Positions 1-11,700 of a DNA stretch of 40,831 nucleotides are shown here, in pieces. Source of the stretch: Trypethelium eluteriae (Eukaryota); NCBI GenBank assembly GCA_051942245.1, contig JAVECL010000167.1:1-40831 (forward strand). Reading direction: 5' to 3'. The position numbers were made by a program, and so were the translations under genes. Under the pieces are notes generated by a model. The model was not told where the DNA came from, did no database searches, and saw only the letters and a list, made by a program, of their open reading frames with translations. The stretch's first letter is position 1, and each line of letters starts with the position of its first letter.

Positions 1-502
1 ACATCCCCAGCACCCCAGCCACCGCGATGTAATTGATATCATGCCCCGCCATCGCCGCATACTTCCCGTCCCGCCGGAACCCCGTCATCCGCGCCACCAC
101 CACCCGCGGATTCAGCTTCAGCAGCACATCCTCGGGCGACAGGCCTAGCTTCTCGAGTACGCCGGGGCGGAAGGGGTCGATCACGACGTCGACGATGGGG
201 ATCAGGGCGCGCAGTAGCGCGATGCCGGAGCGCGATTTCAGGTCGATGGCGATGGAGGATTTGTGCCGTGTGAGGAGGTCTGGGGTTGGGGGTGGGAGAG
301 TGGAGGTGTGGGCGCCCGGAGTGACGCGGTTGATGCGCAGGACGGTGGCGCCGTAGTCGGCGAGGAGGAGGCCGGCGAAGGGGCCTCTGGTGATTTAGAA
401 AGGGAGAGATGAGGGAGTTGAGGGGAGGGCGATGGGCTTACCAGGCGCGAGGCCGGCGAACTCGAGCACGCGGATGCCGTTGAGGGGTGGAGGAGAGGTC
501 AT
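1..502 (-). CDS. CoA-transferase family III (CaiB/BaiF), alpha-methylacyl-CoA racemase-like; 3' end lies outside the window
   Basis: ATG at 502. Minus-strand translation [21 protein letters not shown] / intron 441-385 / [17 protein letters not shown]...[10 protein letters not shown]...[18 protein letters not shown]...[29 protein letters not shown] matches the family III/AMACR motifs (LAPGPF, DxxIDPFRPG, GHDINY). Confidence 0.93.
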
Positions 503-954
503 TCTGCTGGGGGTGCTCAATTTAGAAAGGAAATGGTAGTATGAGTTGATAAAATCGTGTCAAATGTCACATTAGAGATGATTTCATGACCGGCAAGTTA
601 TATCCAAGACTCTTGAAGCCTCCTAAGGAGAGACAAGACGTAAATACGAAATCCCAGGTAGCCAATACGTAGCTGCTCTACGGATAGCTAGGTACTCTAG
701 AGTACCCCTCCCTCAAAACTCCTGTCATGCCCTACAGCTAGGTCCAACCTCCACACGATCATTGGAGGACTACGTGTGGCAGGAACCCAACTAGACTAGC
801 GTGTGTGATTTTCTGGAAGCTGAATCATTTAGTGTATATCCATAAGTATTCAGAGCTACCGAATAATATCTATACTTAGTGATTATTAGAATGCCGATAT
901 GGCTATCTTCTAGTACGATTGCATACAAATATACTTTTACAAAGGAATTTCTCC

Positions 955-990
955 CATATATATGTATATATGTATATATGTATACATATA
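955..990. repeat. Degenerate (TA)n/(TATATG)n microsatellite
   Basis: CATATATATGTATATATGTATATATGTATACATATA lies within an AT-rich block. Confidence 0.7.
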
Positions 991-1039
991 CGGCGTACAT
1001 ATGACCACGACAAAGCGGTCTCCTAAATAGTGCTATAAT

Positions 1040-2177
1040 TGAACGTCCTCCTTTTCCGTCCACCGGACGCATCGCCGCGATCCAGATTCTTCTTCACCGT
1101 CCTCCTCACCTTCCTTCCTGATTATCGTTGTCGTGAACGCCGAACTCATACATACAGGCCAATCATTATCGGACTTGCTTGCGTAGATACCGTTAAACTG
1201 AGTGGTCCGCATAATCGAGCGCGATTGTGGCTGTTCCGGTAAGAACTGCCGTAGATAATCTCCTTGCTTGCAAGCAAGCAGGCTTCAGCGGCTTCAGACG
1301 TCTGGAGGATTCTGTTCCTCGCGCGTATACATGTCTTTCTTCATATGCAGCATTGGTAGTACTGTAAGCGACGGGGCTCTCGCAGAGAGGCTATTCCAAA
1401 TAAACAAGCAATACTCATTTCTCGACAAATGAACTAGTAGACACCATCTAGTAATTCAGACTCAACCAAAAGGCCTACCGATACTTTGCTAAATCTTCCA
1501 ATTTGAATACTCTTACAACAAGACAGATTTCCAACCCCTTGTCCTCCTCCGATTTGCTGTGGGCTGCCACGCACGAGCCAGTTCTTGCTTGGCGGAGTGA
1601 CGCGTGACCTATGATCCGTGCGTGGCAGTCTACAGCAAATTCCCACTTCTTTCGTTACTTCTCTGGATGTACGAAGTACCGCTCTCCACTTCCGGACCCG
1701 ACCTTTTCAACCTACTTCACCATTCTTTGCTCTTAGACCTGTGACGTACAAGTAACTAAAAGATAGTTGTCCGCTCAATCTACGCCAGAGCTTGTTTATC
1801 AAGCCCAGACGTTTGGGATACAGGAGGGCTACGAGGACATTGCTTCGTCCGTCGCTAGTCGCAGCTCTCGTCGTTGGTTTGGACTCATTTTGGTCGACGA
1901 ATAGAGGTATTTCATCTCGAAGGGTATTGATTTCCAGCCTCTCGTACTTGAACCGTTCTTTATTTCGAATGTGTCAGTATAGCAACTATCAAGAGCAGTC
2001 TGCTTGCTTGCCTCGTTCTACTTCATTTTTAATCCGAACTTCAAGGTCGCCTTCTTCGCCATTGTAGACCAAGACTCTTTTCTTGAACGGTGGCGTTAGG
2101 TTCCTCGGTTTTCGATTTATCCACTGTCTTGGGGATGGGTCATGGGCATTCTCATGCAGCGCGGGCTTGTCCGACAT
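1040..2177 (-). pseudogene. Possible degenerate coding remnant, family unassigned
   Basis: A 62-aa ORF starts at 2177 and is followed by an intron-like segment (ACTGAC branch, AAG acceptor). Protein-like stretches follow (ERFKYERLEINTLRDEIPLF...; acidic EGEEDGEEE) broken by stops and frame changes. No diagnostic motif found. Confidence 0.2.
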
Positions 2178-3108
2178 CTACGGCTGGCTGATTGCAGAGG
2201 GCCTCTGATATCCTTACAAACTTCGAGGACTTTTGATCGACAGTAACTGCAAATATTGCGGACTAAGAGGTATTGAAATTGTGCTGGAATTGCGAGGCGT
2301 CGGGCTGAAATGACTGGCTAAGCCATGGGGCTTTGTTGATCACAGGCGTCTCAGCCTGTGACCGTATAGTCGAAGTCATCGCCCTGTTGGTAGGATTTTG
2401 TTTTCAGGTTCACATCAGCTTGACCCCTTCCGACACTGTGGTTGAAACAGACAACATCCTGATGCGTCTTTGCTGCCAATCGCCTCCCATGATACGCTGG
2501 TCACCTTCCATGAGATGGCGATAAATAAAGTGAAATCTCGCTTGCTTTCTCCAAAAGCGGCTTACAGACCAGCTCCTTGAGGCGTCGGAATCTGATTCTG
2601 CCTTAACTGTTTAAGCGCCATAAGCTCGTTTTGACCAACCTGTGTCACATCATGCACCCACACGCATTTGAGTCTAACTATTCTTCTATCTCGAAAACTA
2701 TGAGTTGAAGAGGCTGTTTCATTTTTCGCCTTTCGCTAAGTGCACTTCAAAATGCGTAGGACAACTGACTCGGCGCCTGACCGCCACCAATAAGGCCAGA
2801 ATCAGCCCTACCAATCACTGACAACACACCTTTTGGCCACACACGCAATGGACTCAGCAGTCTCCAGAAGAGCTGATCGATGTCGGCTGCCTCCTTTACG
2901 ATCTAGGACATAGTGTGCAGACTCTGCAGACGTTCTACAATGGCTGTGCAATTGCTCGCTGTGACAACAACTTCAGCTTTGCCCGTCGGAGATGTCACAC
3001 AAAGCCTTGCGGCTCGATACAACATGATGGATATCTATCCCGTCGTGCAACACTGCAGAATCAAGTCTTACGATATCGTGGAGAAGTTAAAGCCAGCGAC
3101 CATTGGTC

Positions 3109-4918
3109 ATGACAGATACCAGAAGAGACGTCGAAAATGAGGACGGGAATGTAGGAGCCAGAACCCCAGAGGATAGTGACGTCGACAAAGCATGGGAGCA
3201 ACAAAATCTCCTCAGTCTAGGTATGTCTATACCCTTGCTCACTTTAAGTGTTATGCTCCATGCTCAGCGTTACTGAAATCGCAAAGACGGCGGAGGCATT
3301 CGAGGCTACTGGACGCTATTGGCTCTTGAGACACTTGTGGATAACATTGCATTGATCGAGATGGATGACCCACAACAGGAATTCGTCGCAGTCGACTCGA
3401 GTTTCGCTCCTCTGGACTATCCCGATAATGTTTGCCATCTCGCTCCAAACGGCAACGATCGCGGGCGAAGATTTTTGATCTGCCATTATTTCGACCTCAT
3501 CATAGGCTCTAGCACTGGCGCGCAAGTCTCGCAATACTGATTCGTTATTTCACTCACTGACGAGCCATAGGCTGATTGCATTGTTACTGGGAAGATTTCG
3601 CATGACAGTCCAGGACAGTCTTGATGAGTACAGGTCTCTTGGCGACGCGGTCTTCGGGCACCCCCGTATGCTCACACAACGTAACGCAGGCGTCATAAAA
3701 AGATCCAAGTATAAGGCCGCTCGGCTTGAAAAGGTTGTGAAAGACGTGACTGAACGCCGCAGCGAGTTTCAAGAACATGGCACTCCTCAGCTGCCTCTCA
3801 AGGAGGGTGTCTGTCAAGTGTAAGAACGATAGAAGTTCTCACCCCTCTTCGAGTAGAATCCATTCCACTGCCTATAGCGCTCACTTATTCTTTCATTCCT
3901 TCCAGTTTTAAACTAATTGAGTTGTAGCTGTGTCACCTCTCTAAAAACAAAAGCAAGAACAGCGGCTCACCCATACTTCATGCGTACGTACGACGGATCC
4001 AAACGAACACGTTACCAGCCCGAAGCTATCACCCACATCAAAACCGGGTTGACATCTGGTACGAATGACTCAGTGCCCTCAACCGCCCGACGAGGACCTG
4101 GCATGAGGCATACGCCCGGTGACAAGTTAAATTTTGGGGAAGCCCAGCAACTACACATCTGGCAAGTTGCACGTGCTGCCACAGCCGCAATATCTTACTT
4201 CGAGCCCTTAAAAATTCAAATTGCTGGTGAGGGAGAATCAATTTTCGAAGACGGAGGATTTGGACAACTAAACAACCCTTCGGTGAGAGGCAAAGCAGAA
4301 ATTAAGAACCTTCATGGGCCCGGTCGATTAGATATTGCAGTCAGTATCGGAACAGCGAGAAGGGAAGAGGCTGGAGGGAAAAGACATTCTTGGGGCATCA
4401 TCCGGTCGTTGGCCGCTACTGTGACCGATGTGGACGGTGCTCATCAAGTCATGTTGGACTGTTGTAAACCGGAGGAAGAGAATTTTGACTACTTCCGGTT
4501 CAATGCCGAGGCCGAGCATGCGCTTGAAATTCCTCTTGATGAGTGGGAGCCAAAGGGCATAAAAGCAAAGATTACGAATCAACAAGCGGGTACCAAGACC
4601 ATCCAGAACATCAGAAATGCGTACGCGAGTTGGGCAATCGACCCTCAAGTACAACAAGACTTTCGAGATTGTGCCAGAGCCCTCGTGCGCAAAAGGAGGG
4701 TCCGTGCGAGCAAAGTGAGCCGATGGGAGGCATTTGCAATTGCGACTTTCTATCAATGCCGCATCGCTCCATGCTCTCACTCTCATGGAGCTGTTCGAAG
4801 AGATACTTTCAAAAGACACCTGGAAGAGAATCATCCTGACGTGCTACCGGACCAGATAGACAGAGTGATCTCGGATCATAAGAAGAACTGGATCTATAGG
4901 CCTGCCAGAGAATCTTGA
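3109..4918 (+). CDS. Patatin-like phospholipase (FabD/lysophospholipase-like) with a C-terminal C2H2-like motif; 4 exons
   Basis: ATG 3109; introns 3221-3286, 3522-3570 (GC-AG) and 3820-3927. The spliced protein has NLLSLDGGGIRG (oxyanion motif), CHYFDLIIGSSTGALIALLLGRF (GxSxG nucleophile), IWQVARAATAA, FEDGG (catalytic Asp), VSIGT and YFRFN. Confidence 0.92.
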
Positions 4919-5721
4919 CTGCCGTGAGAGTTGTTTGCATTGCAATAAAGGATGGACCTACTTGCGTTTTTGGCTCTAGCTTAGATTTCAATCCCGATAG
5001 CGATCATAGCATATAGTGCAATACTTATAGAGTTTTTCCAAGGTGTGGCAGGCAATGTCTCCGAAAACAATAGAGGCCGCCCAATGCGACAGTGTGTGAT
5101 TTCAACCAAGCTCCACTGGTAGATCTTATATAAGGCTCTGATGCGGATCAACTCGAGACATAGAAGCAGACTGCGAAATTGCGAATGACGAAATAGAAAA
5201 CAAGCTTTTTCAAGGGTGACAGAGACGCCGCCAGGCCAGAAGTAGAAACGATGAGATTTTAGTCGTTTCATGACGTGATATTTGATAAGAAGTAGCTTAA
5301 GAAAGGATTTATTATGTTAAGATTTGAGTATAACCTTGTAAACTGGACCAAGCTTTCTTGCTCTAGAAAGTCTCAAATTGAAAATGTTTAAGGATCGAAT
5401 AGTCTATCGCCTTGGTAGCTAAGCATATTGCTGTTACTTTAGTAGCTGTAATGAGTTACGCACAAGTGAAACCCTAGCTCCTTTAGACAAATGTCCTTAT
5501 CCAACATGCACCGAACGCTCTCAGAAATCGGATCACTCGTCGCATCATGTGCACGCAATACTCACAATGTTAGCAGATAATGTAGACCTAACACGACATA
5601 AGCACTCATTCCGCTTCAGTGATATATTGACTCCAATATCACTATGCCGCTCCCTTGTCAATCCAGATGAATCTACTCATTTTTCGTATATGTTTCCACC
5701 ATTCATTATACATTCTACATA

Positions 5722-8700
5722 TCAAGGCGCCTTCATGTCAAAATACTTTTTGAGCTCCTCTCTTTCAGCCTGGTCACTGGTCTTTTGCTCGTCTCCAGAC
5801 GCAAATCTCTTCTTGAGCATCTCTGCAGAATGTTTCCCTAGGTCAAGGATGCTTGTTGCATTTAGAATTTCCAATACGGCAATCTCGAACCCCAATCGAG
5901 ACCTGAACCAGTTCCGCAATTCGATCGAGAGGAGTGAGTCCACACCCAATGAGTTCGGTGATTCTTGTAGACTGAGAGAATCCTCACTTCGCATCATAAA
6001 TGATGACAACGTCTTGCCAATTTCAGTTGCAAGGAAATTTACAGCCTCATCGGTATCCAGAATGCTCGGGTTGAGCACTGCCTCGGCAATAAACTGCTTG
6101 AGCTGCTCGTTGGTTGGAGCAGAGATCGAGTTGTCCTGGGATTCCATATTATGGTATAGAGCCATTCGTGGATCGTTTTTCCAGACAGTGCGGTTGTTGG
6201 GCGCCGAGAGCCTTTGTGTGGAACGCACGCCCAGTGCCAGTTGGCCTTTGCTGATATACTCGTAGCTTCCCGGCTTCTGAACGGTAGTGGCTAATGGTGC
6301 ATGCTCCAACGATGGGGGCATCGACCGCTGGATCATCAACTGGAGTGAGTCGAGCAAGTCTTGCTCATATAAGACGTAGGTCGAGGTCATGCGAAAATTC
6401 TCGAGAACCTGCGTATTACGGCTGACATATCCGATGTCCTCCATGACGCCTATATCTATGGCGACTGCGGGTAGACCTCGTCCTCGACGATATTGCGTAA
6501 ACGCGTCGAGGAAGGAATTACCGGAGGCGTAATTAGCCTGGCCCCGTAGGCCAACAAGACCACTCCAGCTGCTGAATAGGAGTAAGAAATCGAGCTTCAA
6601 ATTTTGCCTAAGGGAAACCTTATGGAGATTCCAAGTTCCTTCGACTTTGGGACCTACAGCTGCCTGCCAATCTTCGAAAGACATGGAGGGGAAAGCCGTG
6701 TCCTACCTATGTTAGCCGATTCAGATCGGACCGGATTTGATGGATTTCTACGAACCCTTAATACCATGGACGCCTGAATGATGCCGCGAACAGGCTTCGT
6801 CGCATAGCTGATGGCTGTCTCGACTGCTGCCGCATCGACAACACTGCCCTGCACCATTATGGCAGTACAGCCAATAGCACTGAGCTCTTGAACGAAAGCA
6901 GAATATCTCTCGTCGTTCTTAGCTGATCGGGAAAGGAATATGACTGCACTTCGTGATTAGCGAGCCCCAAAGTCATAACATAATAGGGGCAGAACTCACT
7001 CTCTCGACACCCTGCTTCAGCCATCCATACGGCAATTGCTTGCCCAAGACCACCCAAGCCACCAACTAGAAGGTAAGACGCGTCATCTCGGAGCTGAAAC
7101 TTTTGCTTTGATGGCTGCGTGGGCAGGTTCTCTGTATCTTGTGGTAGTGTGACAACCACACTACCAATGTGATCACCTTTCTGCATGAAACGCATTGCGT
7201 CCTCTACCTCAGTTGCATCGAAATTGGTCACTGGAGTAATTAGTCTGATGTCACCTTGTTCATACAGCTCCATCGTCTTCTTCAAGACCCTGATTTCGTT
7301 AGAAAAAGTGGTCGGAATCGTAACGTGGGACAGAGAACTTACCTAGAAGCAATCCAAGGCTTTTCCGAACATACCCTAGCAAAATCGAGTCCGACACAAG
7401 AGCGATTTCTCCCGAACAGGTCTTGCGGCAGGGATCCTTTCCCGGCCAAGTCTCGCTCTGCCATATGTAATAGGCTGCCAAACTCAGCAACGCATTTCCA
7501 GCTTGCGTGAAGCATCTCGCCAGCCCGGAAATTGAGGGCGATGTCTACACCATGGCCGTTGGTAGCTTCAAGTAGGTGCCTCTGGAAGGAGAGATCGCGA
7601 GAATTGAAGATTCGGTTTTTAGGGATATCGTAACCCTCAACTAAGTGCGTAGTTTTCTCATCGCTACCGACACTACAGAAGACCTACGAGCATTGTTAGC
7701 ATCACTCCATTATGAATAGTCCTGGTATCTGCTAGGAGTTACCTGTGCGCCAACAATGCGACTAGTAGTAAGTTAGCAAGATGTACGTAAGTGGTATGGA
7801 AATTTGGACTCACCAGACTTGTATAGCCGCGAGGCCGATGCTTCCACAAGCACCATGTATTAGGACAGTCTACAAAGCACATCAGTGACACTTCGATGTC
7901 CAGGTGACTTCCATTCCAGGGACTTACCTGACCCTTCTCCACTCGAGCGATGTCGGTAAGCGAGTAAAACGCCGTAGAATAGGCTATTGCCATCGAAGCG
8001 GCATCGACGAAGCTAAGACTATCCGGAAGCTTCACGCATCTGTCCTCTGTCGTTGTCAAAGTTGTTGAGAAGGTTCCAGTAGCAAGGACTACGCATCTAT
8101 CGCCGGGAGCAAGATCCTTGACTTCAGGCCCGACTTTCTCGACTATGCCAGCACTTTCTAATCCCAAGCCCTCCCCTTCGACCTTGCTCTCGTCGACAAC
8201 TCCCATCGACATGAGGACATCCCTGGGGTTGAGGCCCACCGCACAGTTCCTGACCTGGACACAATCCCTCTCCGGCTCTGCAAAATTGTGCTGCTTCCAG
8301 TAGAGCGAGTTGAAGAATCCCCTTTTCCCTATCTGTAGTTTCCTGGCAGAATGGGGAGAATCCGGCGCCAACAGCTGTTTATTTACTGATGTCCAATGGA
8401 ACCTCGGGATCTGAATGAGCCCATCAACAAAAGCCCACTCTAGGCTAGGGCTGAGTTCGCAATCATGAGCACGGCGCTGGAACTCGGGAAGAACAGCAGC
8501 AAGAGCCTCCCAGCCTTGACTATCAAACTTTTCAAGCTCCAGGGTGCCAATATCGAGAGAGAGCTCATTTCGTAACGTACGAGCCATCCCGAGAACCATG
8601 CCGTAACGGGGATCAGAACATTTCACTTGCGCCGCACCTGTGACCCATAGAATTCCGGAGTCCTTGCAATTCTGGAGCATCTCGTGGAGTCTGAGGTATC

Positions 8701-11700
8701 CTTTCTCGTCAATGTTGTGCAAGAAGGGTCCCCCAACATCCACAAGGGCTATGATGTCTTGACCGCTAGGAGGAGTCTCGCCTAATACGCAGATGTCAAG
8801 CTGGTAGCCCTTCCTCCGTAAGACTGATGCAGCCTCATTGGTGGTGGAAGTTAGATGCCCATCAACTATGAGCGTTAGCTGTTTCTTGACCGCAGGCCGT
8901 GCGGGAAGAGCCACCATGTTCGCATTGAAGCAATCGCCATGCTGAAGGGAGTGTACTCCATCGAAGCCAGCCTGTCTTAAAACCTTATCCCATTTGGACG
9001 GTGAGATATATGGTTCCTCGACTCGACCGTCATCTTCGCCAAGCCACCATCCATGGAAAGTGCCCATAACGAAGTTGACCCACTTGACTGGTGGTGAAAG
9101 CTCTTGGAGGAACAATCGTCCTTTTGGGGAGAGCAACTTTCGCACGTTGGAAAGAGTTTCCCTTAGATTCGATGTTGCGTGCAGCACATTCGACGCTACG
9201 ATCAAGTCGAAACTCTCCGGCTCGAACCCTTGCTCCATCGGGTCTTTCGAGATGTCGAGAAGCTTGTACTCAATAGCATCGTAATCTTTGAACCGATCTT
9301 TGGCACTGGCAAAAAATCCCGCAGAAACGTCGCTGTAAACGTACGAGAAATAGTTCCGCGGACTTTCCGGATGGCCTGATTTGAGATGCGGTAGGAGCGT
9401 GCTAGTAAGACCTCCGGTTCCAGCACCGACTTCCAGAATCTTCAAGTTGGGCTTGTCGTGAGCCAGGAGCATCAAGAAGTCTCGAAACTCGGAGATTCGG
9501 CCAAAATCGTAGACTTTTGTCAGCACATCATCTTCCATCAAAACCTCAAGCGCGTCTGTGTTCCCGAGAAAGATATCCTCGCTAGCATGGAAGATGCGGT
9601 AGACCGCGGCTGAGATAGGCCAAGCCTCAGTCGAGGCCATCTCCCCGTATGAGCTTTCAATCAATGCCCGACGATCTGTCGAAGACATTCGCGCAATCTC
9701 CTGACAATCCGCAACATGTGGGTATGCCCCATTCAGTGCCTTTTGACGTACCTTATCTAACCACGTGCGGTATTTGGACAGGAAGGGCTGATGTGGCTCT
9801 TTATCTGCGAGAAGGTAGCTACTCTCAATCATTGAAGCCAATGCCATTCTCTCGACCGCGAAACTGAGTTCTCCTCTACCTGTTGCGTGCTCTGCCAGGG
9901 GCATTAATGACGCATTATCAACAAAATGTAGGTCAGGTTTCCAAACCAGCTCTACAGCAGCGTGAGGATCATCGCCTCTTGCATCCTCTGCATCTGCCAG
10001 AGGCGAAAGCTTGAGTTTCTTCATGTAGAAGACCGTTTCACCACGGGAAATGCCTACAGCATCTCCCTGAAAGGCCCCTTTAGGCGTACTTTCGGTACTC
10101 GCTTCGACAAGAATTTCGTCCGACGTCGGTTTAATGTACAATTCCTCGATGAACGTCGGTACGCAGAGTCGTGCAAAGAGCCGAGAGAGTCCCTTGGCGG
10201 CTGCTACGCTGAATAACTGAAATGTGCAGTCGATTGTGCTTGGATGAATGGCGTAAACTGATTCTGAAGGGTTGACGGAATTGTCAATTGAGGCAACGGC
10301 TTCGTGAGCGAACACGTCAGCTGTGATCCTCTTCATCCTCTGAAAACGTGGGCCGTAGTTGAGACCGAATCTCTTCATAACCGAATACCATTTGTTCGAA
10401 CTCACTTGTCGACTCCTGGTCTTGATTTGCGGCACAGCCACGTCGAAGTCTGACCCACCGCGGACCTGGCCTGAAACATGTTTGGTCCATACCTCGCCAT
10501 TAAGGGATGAGATAGTAAAGTCGTACCATACGGCATCAGAAGCGCTATTTAAGTGCACAGCGCTCAAATGGGTGATGGCTTCCCTAGCCACTCCTTCATG
10601 CAGCACTAATGCACTACTGATGGTGACCTCGCGAACGGTGAAGTCGGGTGATCCAGTCAGCTGCCGGATTGCTTCACCAGCCATGGCTACGTATCCTGCT
10701 CCTGGGAACACAATGTCTTGCGCAATGTCGTGATCTCGCACCCAAGGGATATCATCTAGCTTCAGCAGGTTCCTCCAAGTAGGGTCATAGCCAGAGGCTT
10801 CAATGACCCGTGAACCTAGAAGATCGTGTTTCGGAAAGTTGCGTAGTCGCCAGCCCTTGGATAGACGAGACTCGTTCCAAAAGTTACCTTCTCGTTGCCA
10901 CGGATACGTAGGTAAATCCACTAACGTCACTCCAGCTGGAGTGATAGAACCCCAGTTCAAGTCAATGCCACGCTGGAAGAGATTCCCGACACAGTTCAAG
11001 AGTGCAGGCACTGCATCTTCTCCACGTACAAGTGTAGAAATATACTCCGACTGCGAAGCATTGCCCGTTCTGAGAATTTGTCTCAAGGGACCTGCTAGGG
11101 CTGAATGCGGACCAACCTCCAGAAAGACTTGTGGTGATGTTGTGCGTTTTAGGAGCTCAGTGATAGCAGGGGAAAATAAAACTGGTGAGACTAAATTTTC
11201 GGCCCAGTACTCTGCATCAAGGTACCGTCTGTCCAGCGTGGTGCCCAGGACAGATGAGAAAAAGGCCACGTCTGGCTCCCTAGGTTGAATGTCTCCAATA
11301 GCAGCGGTATATTTTGACTTTACTGCTTTCATATGGTGCGAATGATACGCACAATCCACCCGAAGCGTTCGAACCAAAGTCTCTGGGTATGCTTCTTCGA
11401 TGGATTTCATGACTTCTTCTAAGACCTCAAGATCACCACTCAGCGTGGTTGAATTTGGGCTGTTTTCACAACCAACGATAACTCCAGACTTCAAAAAGGG
11501 TGCAACAGCGCTGCGTCCGAGACCAGTAGCTGCCATACCGCCTTTGCTCTTAATCTCTTTGGTGACTTGTCCACGATAGTAAGCAATCCTAATAGCTTCG
11601 GCTGCTGTAAGGGCTCCTGCAGCGTATGCAGCACCGATTTCGCCGCTAGAATGTCCAACCACAGCGCTTGGCTTTAAGTTCCACGTTCGTAGCACATTGA

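Noticed and set aside
33..356. 107-aa plus-strand ORF
   Set aside because: Antisense shadow of the CoA-transferase coding region.
1..502. AMACR-like gene as a member of the PKS cluster (acting on alpha-methyl acyl-CoA)
   Set aside because: Chemically tempting, but this is a common housekeeping gene with different codon bias, separated by 2.6 kb of decayed DNA. Nothing in the sequence supports linkage.
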